From NCBI GenBank assembly GCA_900540145.1, contig UQEW01000001.1:176-64175 (forward strand): DNA of 64,000 bases. Reading direction: 5' to 3'. Shown here in pieces: positions 28,730 to 41,255 of this stretch (the stretch's first letter is position 1; the number at the start of each line of letters is the position of its first letter). The notes beneath the pieces were generated by a model, which worked only from the letters and a program-made list of their open reading frames with translations, was not told where the DNA came from and did no database searches. The stretch is from an uncultured Eubacteriales bacterium. GTDB lineage: Bacteria > Bacillota > Clostridia > Peptostreptococcales > Anaerovoracaceae. A program made the position numbers and the translations under genes.

Positions 28730-30397
28730 CTATTTTAAAACAGCTCCTGTGTTGGCCGAAGATACCAATCTTGAATATCTCTCCAACCAACCGCTCTTTA
28801 CCTTCTTCTCAGGCTTTACATACTCCTTGCGCCGCTTGTCGAATTCTTCATCCGAAACTCTGGCGCTGATGGAATACTCAGGAATGTTTATATCTATGAT
28901 ATCTCCCTCACGTAGCAGGCCTATCTCTCCTCCGTCAGCAGCTTCAGGGCTTACATGCCCTATAGATGCTCCGCGGCTTGCTCCGCTGAAACGTCCGTCG
29001 GTAATCAGAGCTACCGTCTTATCAAGACCCATTCCGGCAAGGGCGCTGGTAGGGTTGAGCATTTCTCTCATTCCCGGACCGCCTTTCGGTCCTTCATATC
29101 TTATAACTACTACCTGTCCGTCCTTTATCTCGCCTGCATATATGGCAGCTATGGCTTCTTCCTCACCGTCAAATACTCTGGCAGGACCGGAATGAACCAG
29201 CATTTCAGGAGCTACAGCGCTTCTCTTAACTACGCATCCGTCTTTTGCGATATTACCCCAAAGTATGGCGATACCGCCGGTTTGGCTATACGGGTCATCT
29301 ACAGGTCTTATGGCATCTGTATTTTTTATGATGCGGCCGTTGATGTTCTCTCCCACGCTCTTGCCGGATACCGTAGGTAAAGTAGTATCGATCAAACCCT
29401 TAGATGCCAGCTGAGCAAGCACTGCAGGTACTCCTCCTGCGTTATCAAGATCGTGCATATGGGTGCCGCCGGCAGGAGCCAAATGGCATAGGTTAGGCGT
29501 AACCTGGCTTATTTCATTAAACAAGTTCAAGTCCACTGACACACCTGCTTCGTGAGCTATGGCCAGAAGATGAAGCACGCTGTTAGATGAACATCCGAGG
29601 GCCATGTCACATGCTATGGCGTTCTTTATGGATTTTTCGTTTATTATGTCTCTCGCCTTAACGTCTTTTTCTACCAAATCCATTATTGCCATGCCTGCGT
29701 GTTTTGCCAGCATTATTCTCCTGCTGGAAACTGCAGGTACAGTTCCGTTGCCCGGAAGAGCTATGCCTATGGCCTCGCATAAACAGTTCATGCTGTTGGC
29801 GGTATACATGCCGGAACATGAGCCGCAGCCTGGGCAGACGTTCTGTTCATATTCGAGAAGACCTTCGTCATCGATGATTCCGGCTTTTCTTGCGCCAACA
29901 GCTTCAAACATCTTGGAAAGGCTGGTTTCTACGCCTCCAACCAGTCCGGACATCATAGGTCCGCCGGAACATACGATAGACGGTATGTTCATTCTTACAG
30001 CCGCCATGACCATTCCGGGAACGATTTTATCGCAGTTAGGTACTAAAACGACTCCGTCAAAGGCATGGGCAGTTACCATTGTCTCTACGCTGTCAGCTAT
30101 GAGTTCGCGGCTTGGCAGCGAATATTTCATTCCTATATGTCCCATGGCTATGCCATCGCATACTCCTATGGCAGGCACCATGATAGGTGTTCCGCCTGCC
30201 ATCCTTACGCCTGCTTTCACAGCTTCCGTTATCTTATCCAGATGCATATGACCCGGGACTATTTCGCTGTGAGCAGATACTACTGCTATGAGTGGTTTGG
30301 ACAACTCCTCTTCAGTGTATCCCATAGCATAGAAGAGGCTTCGCATAGGAGCCTTTTCTACGCCTTCGGTAACAAGTTTGCTTCTTGTCTTATTCAT
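28730..30397 (-). CDS. ilvD: Dihydroxy-acid dehydratase
   Basis: 555 aa with IlvD motifs (CDKIVPG, SGGPM). Confidence 0.95.
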   Translation of the reverse strand: MNKTRSKLVTEGVEKAPMRSLFYAMGYTEEELSKPLIAVVSAHSEIVPGHMHLDKITEAVKAGVRMAGGTPIMVPAIGVCDGIAMGHIGMKYSLPSRELIADSVETMVTAHAFDGVVLVPNCDKIVPGMVMAAVRMNIPSIVCSGGPMMSGLVGGVETSLSKMFEAVGARKAGIIDDEGLLEYEQNVCPGCGSCSGMYTANSMNCLCEAIGIALPGNGTVPAVSSRRIMLAKHAGMAIMDLVEKDVKARDIINEKSIKNAIACDMALGCSSNSVLHLLAIAHEAGVSVDLNLFNEISQVTPNLCHLAPAGGTHMHDLDNAGGVPAVLAQLASKGLIDTTLPTVSGKSVGENINGRIIKNTDAIRPVDDPYSQTGGIAILWGNIAKDGCVVKRSAVAPEMLVHSGPARVFDGEEEAIAAIYAGEIKDGQVVVIRYEGPKGGPGMREMLNPTSALAGMGLDKTVALITDGRFSGASRGASIGHVSPEAADGGEIGLLREGDIIDINIPEYSISARVSDEEFDKRRKEYVKPEKKVKSGWLERYSRLVSSANTGAVLK

Positions 30398-30409
30398 ACT
30401 TATCGCCTC

Positions 30410-31438
<1,029 letters not shown>

Positions 31439-31471
31439 TTAATATATTTTTGAGTGAAAAATCAATTGTCA

Positions 31472-31945
31472 TCATTTCTCAATACCGGTAACTCCGGTCC
31501 TGCATATATCTACTATTTCATAATCCTCGATAAGGTCGAGAAATGCGTCCAGTTTTTCCGGCGCTCCTGTCAGTTCCAGAACCATCTCCTCTTTTGTGAG
31601 ATTGATTATCTTGGCTCTGAAAATATCCACGATTTCTTTTATCTCTCTCCTTTTGGACTGGTCTGCTTTGACCTTTATCATCAACAGTTCTCTGAAAAAG
31701 CTTTTGCTTCCGTCAAGAGTCTTTATGCTTCTTACAACTTCCAGCTTTTCCGTCTGAGCTACTATCTGGTGGAGAGTAAGATTATCTCCTTCAAATACTA
31801 TGGTTATCCTTGAAATTCCCGGGTCGTTTGTAGCAGATACAGTGAGAGAATCGATGTTGAAGCCTCTTCTTCCGTAAAGGCTTACCACTCTGGACAGCAC
31901 ATTCGCCTTATTGTCTACATATACGCTGACTACTTCTTTTTTCAT
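31472..31945 (-). CDS. ilvN: Acetolactate synthase small (regulatory) subunit
   Basis: 157 aa with an ACT domain. Confidence 0.9.
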   Translation of the reverse strand: MKKEVVSVYVDNKANVLSRVVSLYGRRGFNIDSLTVSATNDPGISRITIVFEGDNLTLHQIVAQTEKLEVVRSIKTLDGSKSFFRELLMIKVKADQSKRREIKEIVDIFRAKIINLTKEEMVLELTGAPEKLDAFLDLIEDYEIVDICRTGVTGIEK

Positions 31946-31960
31946 GAGTTCTCTCCTTCC

Positions 31961-33628
31961 CTACTTATATATGATCTCATCTACCGTCTGCCCGTTTTGA
32001 ATCATAGGTAATACCAGATCCTCAGCAGCAATATCGCAATCTATCCATGAAGGTCCGTCGCATTTCAGCGCCTGGCTGAAGGCATCTTTAAGCTCCTCCA
32101 TATTTTCTGCTCTGAAGCCATTGCCGCCGAAAGCTTCTATTAATTTGACAAAATCAGTTTTCCTGTTCGGAGTAGTCTGGGAATAACGTCTGTCATATAT
32201 CAAAGTCTGCCACTGATAAACCATTCCCAATACTCTGTTATTAAAGATTACGGTTATTATCGGCAGCTTATTGGAAACTGCAGTACACGCTTCATTCAAG
32301 TTCATATGAAGTGAACCATCACCTGTCAAATGTACAACCCTCTTATCCGGATTGGCAAGTTGTGCACCGATAGCTGCTCCGTAGCCAAATCCCATGGTGC
32401 CAAGACCTCCGCTGGAGAGGAAATCTCTAGGCTTAGTCTGCTGTACATACTGGGCTGCCCACATCTGATGTTGTCCTACATCGGTAACATATATGGTTTC
32501 CTTATCAACATTAGAACATATGTATCTGATTATTTCTTCCGGATTCATTCTGGAGTTGCATTCCTTGACTTTTGTAGGCTTTTCTCTGTCCCAGGCTGCT
32601 ATCTTTTCTATCCACTCTTTATGAGAATTTTCCGAAATCTGCGGAAGCAGCTTTTCCAGCACTTCTTTGCAGTCGCCGATAACGCTCTCTGTAGTCATAA
32701 CGTTTTTATTTACTTCGCTTCTGTCAAGGTCTATCTGCAGTACCTTGGCCTTTTTGGCAAATTTTTTCGGGTTAAGAGCAACTCTGTCGCTGAACCTTGT
32801 TCCCACAGCCAAAAGCAAGTCGGCCTCTGCCACGCACCTGTTGGCTGCATATGAACCGTGCATGCCGAGCATGCCGAAGAAACGTTCTTCTGAACTTGGG
32901 ACAGTGCCAAGGCCCATCAAAGTATTTACTACAGGTATATCGGCTTTCTTCATAAGCTGCTGTACCTCTTCAGCCGCTTCTGCCGCTATAGCTCCTCCTC
33001 CTACAAGCATGACAGGACGTTCAGCACTGTTTATATATTCGGCAATACGAGCCAGCTTAGTTTCCTCATGCGGATCCTGTTTTTTCTTCAACGGATAATT
33101 CGGCGCCGGCTCATAATCTACCAGAGCATCTGTAACATCTTTTGTCATATCCACCAGCACAGGTCCCTTTCGGCCTTCGTTGGCAATTCTGAAGGCGTCT
33201 CTCATGGCATCTACCAAATCTTCCTTCTTGTTGACAAAAAAGCTGTGTTTTGTTATAGGGAAAGTTACTCCCGTTATGCATACCTCTTGAAACGCATCTC
33301 TGCCGATCAGAGTATTTCCTACGTTGGCCGTAATAAATACTGTAGGTATGCTGTCCATATATGCTGTAGCTATGCCTGTAACCAGGTTTGTGGCTCCGGG
33401 ACCGCTGGTAGCTATAGCAACTCCTGTTTTCCCTGTGGACCTGGCATATCCGTCAGCGGCATGAGCCGCGCCCTGTTCATGAGCTGTCAGAACATGCTTT
33501 ATTTTATCGCTGTATTTATACAGTTCATCATACAAAATGATGGCGGTGCCGCCGGGATATCCGAAAACTGTATCTACGCCGTGTTCCAGAAGCACCTTTA
33601 TAACTGCTTCAGCGCCTGTGATCTTCAT
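31961..33628 (-). CDS. ilvB: Acetolactate synthase large subunit
   Basis: The start is placed at ATG 33628 (MKITGAEAVIKVL...), which overlaps the stop of the upstream DUF815 gene as ATGA. It is a ThDP-dependent enzyme. Confidence 0.9.
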   Translation of the reverse strand: MKITGAEAVIKVLLEHGVDTVFGYPGGTAIILYDELYKYSDKIKHVLTAHEQGAAHAADGYARSTGKTGVAIATSGPGATNLVTGIATAYMDSIPTVFITANVGNTLIGRDAFQEVCITGVTFPITKHSFFVNKKEDLVDAMRDAFRIANEGRKGPVLVDMTKDVTDALVDYEPAPNYPLKKKQDPHEETKLARIAEYINSAERPVMLVGGGAIAAEAAEEVQQLMKKADIPVVNTLMGLGTVPSSEERFFGMLGMHGSYAANRCVAEADLLLAVGTRFSDRVALNPKKFAKKAKVLQIDLDRSEVNKNVMTTESVIGDCKEVLEKLLPQISENSHKEWIEKIAAWDREKPTKVKECNSRMNPEEIIRYICSNVDKETIYVTDVGQHQMWAAQYVQQTKPRDFLSSGGLGTMGFGYGAAIGAQLANPDKRVVHLTGDGSLHMNLNEACTAVSNKLPIITVIFNNRVLGMVYQWQTLIYDRRYSQTTPNRKTDFVKLIEAFGGNGFRAENMEELKDAFSQALKCDGPSWIDCDIAAEDLVLPMIQNGQTVDEIIYK

Positions 33629-34974
33629 ACTGTTCCTTCCTCCATTCCTTTCAAATAATCTATAAACTGTCTGGCGCTTCTGCCTGAAACGCCGCCTCTG
33701 CGTATCTCCCATTTATTTGCTTCTTTATGAAGAGTATCCTTATCTATATTAAGGCACTCTCGCTGTGCCATCGTTTCCACCATCTGATGAAATTCATCTT
33801 TTGTAGGTTTGCCGTAATATATCTGTACGCCAAATCTTTCTGCCAAGCTGAGCTTTTCCTCCATGGAATCGCTTCTGTGTATATCTCCGTCATAGTCCAC
33901 ATCATTTCTGTCTTTCCATGTTTCTTTTATTAGATGTCTGCGATTGGATGTAGCATATATTAGGATGTTTTCCGGTCTGGGTTCAAGCCCGCCTTCGATA
34001 ACTGCCTTGAGATATTTGTATTCTGTTTCAAAGTCTTCAAAGGAAAGGTCGTCCATATATATAATAAACCTGTAATTTCTGTTTTTTATTTGATTTATTA
34101 TCTGCGCCAGGTATTTCATCTGATGTCTGTATACCTGAATTATTCTAAGGCCCTTGCCCCAGTATTGGTTTATTATAGCCCTTATGCTGGTGGACTTTCC
34201 CGTACCGCCGTCTCCATAAAGGAGCACGTTATTGGCCGGTTTTTTTTCAATAAATGCTACGGTATTGGCTGTCAGCCTTTGCTTTTGCAGCTCGTATCCT
34301 ATTAAATCGGAAAGCTTTATATCTTCCGTCTTTACAACCGGTCTCAGCGATGCCTTACCTTTTTCATCAACTTTTACAGTAAAAGCTCTGTTGATTCCTA
34401 TAAGACCTGTCCCATATTTTTGATAAAAGCCGGCGACCGCTTGGAAAAACTCATCGTCGTCTTTTGCTGCTTCAAGGGAATCTTTAAGTTCAGAGACTGC
34501 CTTTCCCGCATCAGACATAACCGGAGCTGAAGCTGACGGATACATGTAATCAGCTATCGTCTCAGTCAAAAGTCTCTCCATATTGCTGTCCGGATAAGTG
34601 CAATCCATATTGAATATTTTTCTTAAAGTTATACAATCATCTGCGGCTGCCTTTAAAACCGCAGGCGGTACTTCACTGCTTCTCTCTTGATATAAAGAGA
34701 AAGGGTTCTCATCGGTTGCTATATAATAGGCCATGTAATTATGCCAAAGATTTCCGTCAAATCCATAATTATAAGCCAATTCCATCAGTTGTTTTATCAG
34801 TCTTCTGCACGATGCTTTTTTGTCTTCCTCAAGTCTTGTCAAGTTTTCTGCTGTATTTTCATCTATGTTCTCAGACAATACAGCTATTCCGTCTCTCAGT
34901 ATCTGATGACCTTCCACTGAATATAGTATTAAATCATCCAGTAATCTTTGCATATTACATGTCCTTCTCTGCAT
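33625..34974 (-). CDS. DUF815-type AAA-superfamily ATPase of unknown function
   Basis: 449 aa with Walker A GDGGTGKST and Walker B IIYMDD. It sits between leuB (3 nt spacer) and ilvB (ATGA overlap) inside the operon. Confidence 0.6.
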   Translation of the reverse strand: MQRRTCNMQRLLDDLILYSVEGHQILRDGIAVLSENIDENTAENLTRLEEDKKASCRRLIKQLMELAYNYGFDGNLWHNYMAYYIATDENPFSLYQERSSEVPPAVLKAAADDCITLRKIFNMDCTYPDSNMERLLTETIADYMYPSASAPVMSDAGKAVSELKDSLEAAKDDDEFFQAVAGFYQKYGTGLIGINRAFTVKVDEKGKASLRPVVKTEDIKLSDLIGYELQKQRLTANTVAFIEKKPANNVLLYGDGGTGKSTSIRAIINQYWGKGLRIIQVYRHQMKYLAQIINQIKNRNYRFIIYMDDLSFEDFETEYKYLKAVIEGGLEPRPENILIYATSNRRHLIKETWKDRNDVDYDGDIHRSDSMEEKLSLAERFGVQIYYGKPTKDEFHQMVETMAQRECLNIDKDTLHKEANKWEIRRGGVSGRSARQFIDYLKGMEEGTV

Positions 34975-34977
34975 ATT

Positions 34978-36072
<1,095 letters not shown>

Positions 36073-36097
36073 TTATGCAAAGCTGCAACACAACGGC

Positions 36098-37309
36098 TTA
36101 CATAAGCACGCTTATCTGTTTAGGATTATATCCTTCTTCTTCCAAAGCTCTGCAAATAGAATGTTTATGTGCTGTTCCAAACGCTTCTATGGTTATCTTA
36201 AGTTCAACTGCAGCAGTACGATTGGTAGATACAAACTGATTGTGCTCCAGTTTGACCACATTGCCCTGGTTCTGTGCTATAACAGAAGCAACTCTTACCA
36301 GCTCACCCGGCTTATCAGGCAGCATAACTGAAACGGTGAAGATCCTGTCTCTCTTGATTAGACCAAGCTGAACTACCGATGACATGGTAATTATGTCCAT
36401 ATTGCCTCCGCTTAAAATAGAAACTATCTTCTTACCTTTTACGTTTAAATGTTTCAGAGCCGCTACCGTAAGCAGTCCGGAATTTTCTACTACCAACTTA
36501 TGATTTTCAACCATATCTAAAAAGGCTACTATCAGCTCATCGTCTTCCACTGTGATTATATCATCAAGGTTTTTCTTTAAGTAAGGGAAAATATTGCTTC
36601 CCGGCGTTTTAACAGCAGTGCCGTCGGCTATAGTTGAAACCTTATCTATGGTGGTAACCTTGCCGTTTCTGAAAGATTCCTGGAGGCAATTGGCTCCGGC
36701 AGGCTCCACACCTATAACTTTTATCTTTGGATTAAGATATTTAGCCAGCGTTGAAACTCCCGTAGCCAAACCGCCGCCGCCTACCGGTACCAATATGTAA
36801 TCTACCAAAGGTAATTCCTTAATTATTTCCATGGCAATAGTGCCCTGTCCTGTAGCTACTGCCGGGTCGTCGAAAGGATGTATAAAAGTATATCCTTTTT
36901 CTTTTGCCAGATCCTGAGCATACTCAGCAGCTTCATCGTAAACATCTCCATAAAGCACCACTTCTGCTCCGTAACTTTTGGTTCTGTCCACTTTCATTAA
37001 CGGAGTAGTCGTCGGCATAACAATGGTAGCCTTACAACCGTAAGCTTTGGCTGCGTAAGCGACTCCCTGGGCATGATTTCCGGCAGATGCGGTTACCAAT
37101 CCTTTTTCCCTTTCTTCATCTGTAAGCGTACTTATTTTATAGTAAGCTCCCCTAAGCTTATATGCTCCCGTTTTTTGCAGGTTTTCAGGCTTAAGATAAA
37201 CTTTATTGCCTGTCTGTTCGCTGAAAAAATCACTGTATATTAGTTTTGTTTCTATGGCAACTTTTTGGACGACTTCTGCTGCCTCTTCAAACGCCTTTAG
37301 TGTAAGCAT
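36098..37309 (-). CDS. ilvA: Threonine ammonia-lyase (biosynthetic threonine dehydratase) with a C-terminal ACT domain
   Basis: 403 aa with PLP-fold motifs (ASAGNHAQGVA, GGGGL). Confidence 0.9.
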   Translation of the reverse strand: MLTLKAFEEAAEVVQKVAIETKLIYSDFFSEQTGNKVYLKPENLQKTGAYKLRGAYYKISTLTDEEREKGLVTASAGNHAQGVAYAAKAYGCKATIVMPTTTPLMKVDRTKSYGAEVVLYGDVYDEAAEYAQDLAKEKGYTFIHPFDDPAVATGQGTIAMEIIKELPLVDYILVPVGGGGLATGVSTLAKYLNPKIKVIGVEPAGANCLQESFRNGKVTTIDKVSTIADGTAVKTPGSNIFPYLKKNLDDIITVEDDELIVAFLDMVENHKLVVENSGLLTVAALKHLNVKGKKIVSILSGGNMDIITMSSVVQLGLIKRDRIFTVSVMLPDKPGELVRVASVIAQNQGNVVKLEHNQFVSTNRTAAVELKITIEAFGTAHKHSICRALEEEGYNPKQISVLM

Positions 37310-37334
37310 CGTAGTTCCTTTCTTTGTCTTTCAT

Positions 37335-37820
37335 TTATTCTTGTCTTATAGAATTGAGGAGGCCTCCCTTTTTAATTATATTATCAATAAACTCAGGGAA
37401 AGGCATTGCCTTATATTCTTGTTTTTTTGTAATGTTAGTTATTATTCCTGTTTCAAAGTTCACAGAAACTTCATCACCGTTGTCTATACCATCTGCTGCT
37501 TCAGGACATTCCATTATTGCTAATCCTATATTGATAGCATTTCTGTAGAATATCCTGGCAAAGGACTTAGCTATCACACATGAGATACCGCAGGCTTTGA
37601 TAGCAATAGGCGCGTGTTCTCTGGAGGAACCGCATCCAAAATTGAAACCGCCTACCATTATATCACCATTCTTAACATTTTTAAAGAAGTCTTCATCAAT
37701 AGGTTCCATGCAATGGGATGCCAGCTCTTTGCTGTCTGTGGTGTTCAAATACCTGGCAGGTATGATAATATCGGTATCTATGTTATCTCCATATTTATGT
37801 ACTGTTCCTTGCGCTTTCAT
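37335..37820 (-). CDS. leuD: 3-isopropylmalate dehydratase small subunit
   Basis: 161 aa. Confidence 0.9.
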   Translation of the reverse strand: MKAQGTVHKYGDNIDTDIIIPARYLNTTDSKELASHCMEPIDEDFFKNVKNGDIMVGGFNFGCGSSREHAPIAIKACGISCVIAKSFARIFYRNAINIGLAIMECPEAADGIDNGDEVSVNFETGIITNITKKQEYKAMPFPEFIDNIIKKGGLLNSIRQE

Positions 37821-39083
37821 CTACATTACCTCCTTTGGGTCAGTAATCTTTCCTGTCACGGCAGAAGCTGCAGCGACAGCAGGATTGGCCAGATAAACTT
37901 CCGACAGCTTATGTCCCATTCTTCCTATAAAGTTCCTGTTGGTGGTAGCTATACATCTTTCATTTTCTGCCAGTATTCCCATATAGCCTCCCAGACAAGG
38001 TCCGCATGTAGGCGTTGAAACGGCGCAGCCGGCATCTATGAATATATCAATATATCCTTCCTTAATGCATTCTTTGTAAATCTTCTGGGTAGCAGGTATG
38101 ACTATGCATCTCACGTCTCTGGCAACTTTCTTGCCTTTGAGGATTTCAGCTGCGGCTTTCATGTCCTCCAAACGTCCGTTGGTACAAGAGCCTATCACTA
38201 CTTGATCTATCTTCACATCTCCCACCTGATCTATTGTCCTCGTGTTTTCCGGCAGATGCGGAAAGGCCACTGTAGGCTTCAAAGTTGACAAATCTATAGT
38301 AATGGTCTGATCATATTGGGCATCCGCGTCAGGTTCGAAAATCTTGTATTCCCTGTCGACTCTGTCTTTCATATATTCTTTAGTTATGTCATCTACCATA
38401 AAGATGCCGTTTTTTGCTCCGGCTTCTATGGCCATGTTGGAAATGCAAAGCCTATCGTCCATAGAGAGGGATGAAAGTCCTTCTCCCATGAATTCCAGAG
38501 ATTTATAAAGCGCTCCGTCGACTCCTATGGTACCTATCAAGTGAAGAATAACATCCTTTCCGGAAACGTACTCATTAAGTTTTCCCTTAAGTTCTACTTT
38601 GATAGCTGACGGAACCTTGAACCAAGCTTTGCCGGTAGCCATTCCTGCAGCCATATCGGTGCTTCCTACGCCTGTTGAAAAAGCTCCGAGGGCTCCGTAT
38701 GTGCATGTATGAGAATCTGCTCCTATTATACATTCTCCGGCCGCCACAAGCCCCATCTCAGGCAACAGCGCATGTTCTATTCCTACATTGCCCACGTCAA
38801 AGAAATTATCTATGTCGAATCTCCTTGCGAAAGTTCTTGTCTGTTTGCACTGCTGTGCTGCTTTTATGTCCTTGTTAGGAGTAAAATGGTCCATAACCAA
38901 AGCTATCTTCGATTTATCAAAAACGCTGTCAAAACCTGATTTTTCAAATTCATTTATAGCCACCGGAGAGGTGATGTCATTACCCAGCACCATGTCCAGT
39001 TTTGCCTCTATAAGCTGGCCTGCTTTGACTTCCGCAAGTCCCGCATGGTCGGCCAGAATCTTCTGTGTCATCGTCATGCTCAT
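37821..39083 (-). CDS. leuC: 3-isopropylmalate dehydratase large subunit
   Basis: 420 aa, aconitase family, with the cysteine ligands. Confidence 0.95.
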   Translation of the reverse strand: MSMTMTQKILADHAGLAEVKAGQLIEAKLDMVLGNDITSPVAINEFEKSGFDSVFDKSKIALVMDHFTPNKDIKAAQQCKQTRTFARRFDIDNFFDVGNVGIEHALLPEMGLVAAGECIIGADSHTCTYGALGAFSTGVGSTDMAAGMATGKAWFKVPSAIKVELKGKLNEYVSGKDVILHLIGTIGVDGALYKSLEFMGEGLSSLSMDDRLCISNMAIEAGAKNGIFMVDDITKEYMKDRVDREYKIFEPDADAQYDQTITIDLSTLKPTVAFPHLPENTRTIDQVGDVKIDQVVIGSCTNGRLEDMKAAAEILKGKKVARDVRCIVIPATQKIYKECIKEGYIDIFIDAGCAVSTPTCGPCLGGYMGILAENERCIATTNRNFIGRMGHKLSEVYLANPAVAAASAVTGKITDPKEVM

Positions 39084-39088
39084 ATATG

Positions 39089-40831
39089 TTACCTCCTTTT
39101 TGCTTCATTTTCTGCCAGAGCTCTGTTTATAGCCGACAGCAAAGCATTAATTGAAGCATAGATTATGTCGTTATGGACTCCAACACCCCAATGCATTCCG
39201 CCTTTTTTATCTTTGAGAGCTACGTATGCTGCCGCTCTGGAGTTGGACTCAGATTCCAAAGCATGTTCTTCATAAGTGATAAAATCGCAGTCTATGTTGT
39301 AAGGTCCTTTTCTCAGGGCATTCATTATGGCGTCCAGACGGCCGTTTCCTACGCCTGAAAGTTCATAAATCTTTCCGCCGGCTTCAGCTACTATATCAGC
39401 TTCTATGCCGTTATCTCCAAGGCTTTCAGTTTGAGGCAGCCTCTTAAATGTGGCATCTTTAAGCGTAATCTTGTCTTTTCTGTTGATATATTCTTTTTGA
39501 AAAATATCATGAATCTTATCAGCTGTCAGTTCTTTATGATTTACGTCGGAGACATGTTTCATAAGATATCCTATTTCTTCTCTCATAGCCTTAGGTATAT
39601 TGTAACCGTAATTGGTCTCAAGAACATATGCCACTCCGCCTTTTCCTGACTGACTGTTGATTCTTATAACATCAGCTTCGTATTCTCTGTTGATATCATG
39701 CGGGTCGATAGGAATATAAGGCACATTCCATTTGTCCAAATTGAATTCCTCTCTATAATGCATGCCCTTGGCGATAGCATCCTGATGAGAACCTGAAAAA
39801 GCAGCGAATACCAGCTTGCCGCCATATGGCTGCCTTGGAGGTACTTTCATATCCGTAAACTTTTCGTACATTTGAACTATATACGGCATATTGCTGAAGT
39901 CCAGTTTCGGATCCACTCCATGAGAGAACAAATTCATAGCTACAGTTACTATATCGACATTACCTGTACGTTCTCCGTTGCCGAAGAGGGTCCCCTCTAC
40001 TCTCTGCCCTCCTGCTAAAAGCCCCAGTTCGCAATCTGCCACAGCAGTTCCTCTGTCGTTATGAGGATGCAGAGATACTATTACGTTTTCTCTATCATGA
40101 AGATTATCGGACATGTATTCTATTTGTGAAGCATAAACATGAGGCATCGACATGGACACAGTTGCCGGTAAATTGATTATGACCTGGCGTTTTGGAGTAG
40201 GTTTCCATATGTCTATTACCGCGTTGCATATATCCAAAGCAAATTCCATCTCAGTTCCGGTAAAACTTTCCGGAGAATACTCGAACATGAATTCAGTTTC
40301 AGGCATCTTTTCTGCATATTCATTCAAAAGTTTTGCACCGAAAACAGCTATATCCTTGATTTCCTCTTTAGATTTTCTAAATACCTGCTCTCTCTGGGCA
40401 ACGGAAGTGGAATTGTAAAGGTGCACCACTGCTTTTTTTACGCCTTTGAGGGAATCAAAAGTTTTTTCTATTATATGTTGTCTTGATTGGGTCAGCACTT
40501 GAATGGTCACATCTTCCGGAATCAGGTCTTTTTCTATCAGAGTTCTTAAAAATTCGTATTCCGTTTCTGAAGCTGCAGGAAATCCTACTTCTATCTCTTT
40601 AAAGCCAATGTCGCACAGTAGTTTAAAGAATTCCAGCTTCTCCTCTAGGCTCATGGGTACAACCAGCGCCTGATTGCCGTCTCTTAGGTCTACGCTGCAC
40701 CACATCGGAGCTTTATCCAGATGGTCTTTCTCCACCCATCTGTGGGAAACTACAGGAGGCATAAAATAGCCTACGCTGTATTTGGTATGGTTCTTCATAC
40801 CTTTAGCTTTTTCTTTAATGTCTGTCGTCAT
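39089..40831 (-). CDS. leuA: 2-isopropylmalate synthase (long form)
   Basis: The start is placed at ATG 40831 ([11 protein letters not shown]...). The listed ORF start at 40879 lies inside the upstream terminator hairpin. The LeuA N-terminus reads [13 protein letters not shown]. Confidence 0.9.
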   Translation of the reverse strand: MTTDIKEKAKGMKNHTKYSVGYFMPPVVSHRWVEKDHLDKAPMWCSVDLRDGNQALVVPMSLEEKLEFFKLLCDIGFKEIEVGFPAASETEYEFLRTLIEKDLIPEDVTIQVLTQSRQHIIEKTFDSLKGVKKAVVHLYNSTSVAQREQVFRKSKEEIKDIAVFGAKLLNEYAEKMPETEFMFEYSPESFTGTEMEFALDICNAVIDIWKPTPKRQVIINLPATVSMSMPHVYASQIEYMSDNLHDRENVIVSLHPHNDRGTAVADCELGLLAGGQRVEGTLFGNGERTGNVDIVTVAMNLFSHGVDPKLDFSNMPYIVQMYEKFTDMKVPPRQPYGGKLVFAAFSGSHQDAIAKGMHYREEFNLDKWNVPYIPIDPHDINREYEADVIRINSQSGKGGVAYVLETNYGYNIPKAMREEIGYLMKHVSDVNHKELTADKIHDIFQKEYINRKDKITLKDATFKRLPQTESLGDNGIEADIVAEAGGKIYELSGVGNGRLDAIMNALRKGPYNIDCDFITYEEHALESESNSRAAAYVALKDKKGGMHWGVGVHNDIIYASINALLSAINRALAENEAKRR

Positions 40832-40857
40832 TTCTCTTAAATTCCTTTCTTTATTAT

Positions 40858-40897
40858 AAAAAAGCCTTGCTTCTACCACCAGAATAGAAACAAGGCT
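40858..40897 (-). terminator. Strong intrinsic terminator in the leuA leader (attenuator)
   Basis: Minus-strand RNA AGCCUUGUUUCUAUUCUGGUGGUAGAAGCAAGGCU followed by UUUUUU. The stem is 13 bp with one G-U pair, and it sits about 25 nt upstream of the leuA ATG. Confidence 0.6.
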
Positions 40898-40940
40898 AAA
40901 ATCAGCATTATTTTTTTGTTTACTCGGTTCGGGCAGAATA

Positions 40941-41000
40941 TCAATGCATATTATTTTTTAGGTTTTCTAGCTGTAGACCGAGTAAAATAATGTATGACAT
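40941..41000 (-). CDS. Candidate leader peptide (19 aa) MSYIILLGLQLENLKNNMH
   Basis: Not in the ORF track. ATG 41000 is preceded by GGGAGAAG. It has 5 Leu and 2 Ile in 19 codons. The coding region overlaps the 5-prime arm of an 8-9 bp hairpin (UACUCGGUC...GAACCGAGUA) that lies upstream of the terminator. Confidence 0.35.
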   Translation of the reverse strand: MSYIILLGLQLENLKNNMH

Positions 41001-41032
41001 TAATATTCTTCTCCCTTCTCAAATATAGTGCT

Positions 41033-41061
41033 ATACTACGCTCTTTTTATAAAAAAGTCAA
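41033..41061 (-). promoter_or_regulatory. Candidate promoter of the ilv-leu operon (TTGACT-17-TAGTAT on the minus strand)
   Basis: The -35 is at plus 41056-41061 and the -10 at plus 41033-41038, both read on the minus strand. This places the transcription start just upstream of the leader-peptide ribosome-binding site. Confidence 0.35.
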
Positions 41062-41255
41062 TATGTTTTTTGTAGTTTTTTACAAATATTTTTCTGAATT
41101 TTATGTATTTTTTACAATACATTCAGATTCTGCATATTTTTTCAAAACTCCTTGCTTAACGCCTTTTAAACATGTTATATTATTAACATACAGTATAATA
41201 TTTATATAGCAACCATTCAAGCGATATTTTAATTTTTAAGAGAGGGGGTTTCGGT

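Noticed and set aside
39089-40879. Longer leuA ORF starting at 40879
   Set aside because: The extra 16 codons lie inside the terminator hairpin and have no ribosome-binding site. The ATG at 40831 with an AAAGGA site is preferred. Similar N-terminal trimming was applied to purC, ilvE, ilvB, purO, panG, the HmuT-like lipoprotein, the regulator and the macro-domain gene. In each case the listed start was an alternative codon, or it overlapped the upstream gene and a better Shine-Dalgarno-supported ATG exists.
40861-41000. T-box (tRNA-Leu) riboswitch upstream of leuA
   Set aside because: Only a partial UGGUGGUA match lies in the terminator loop. No AGGGUGGNACCGCG box, AGAGA/GNUG stem I features or F-box could be found. 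It is kept as an open alternative in the leader finding.
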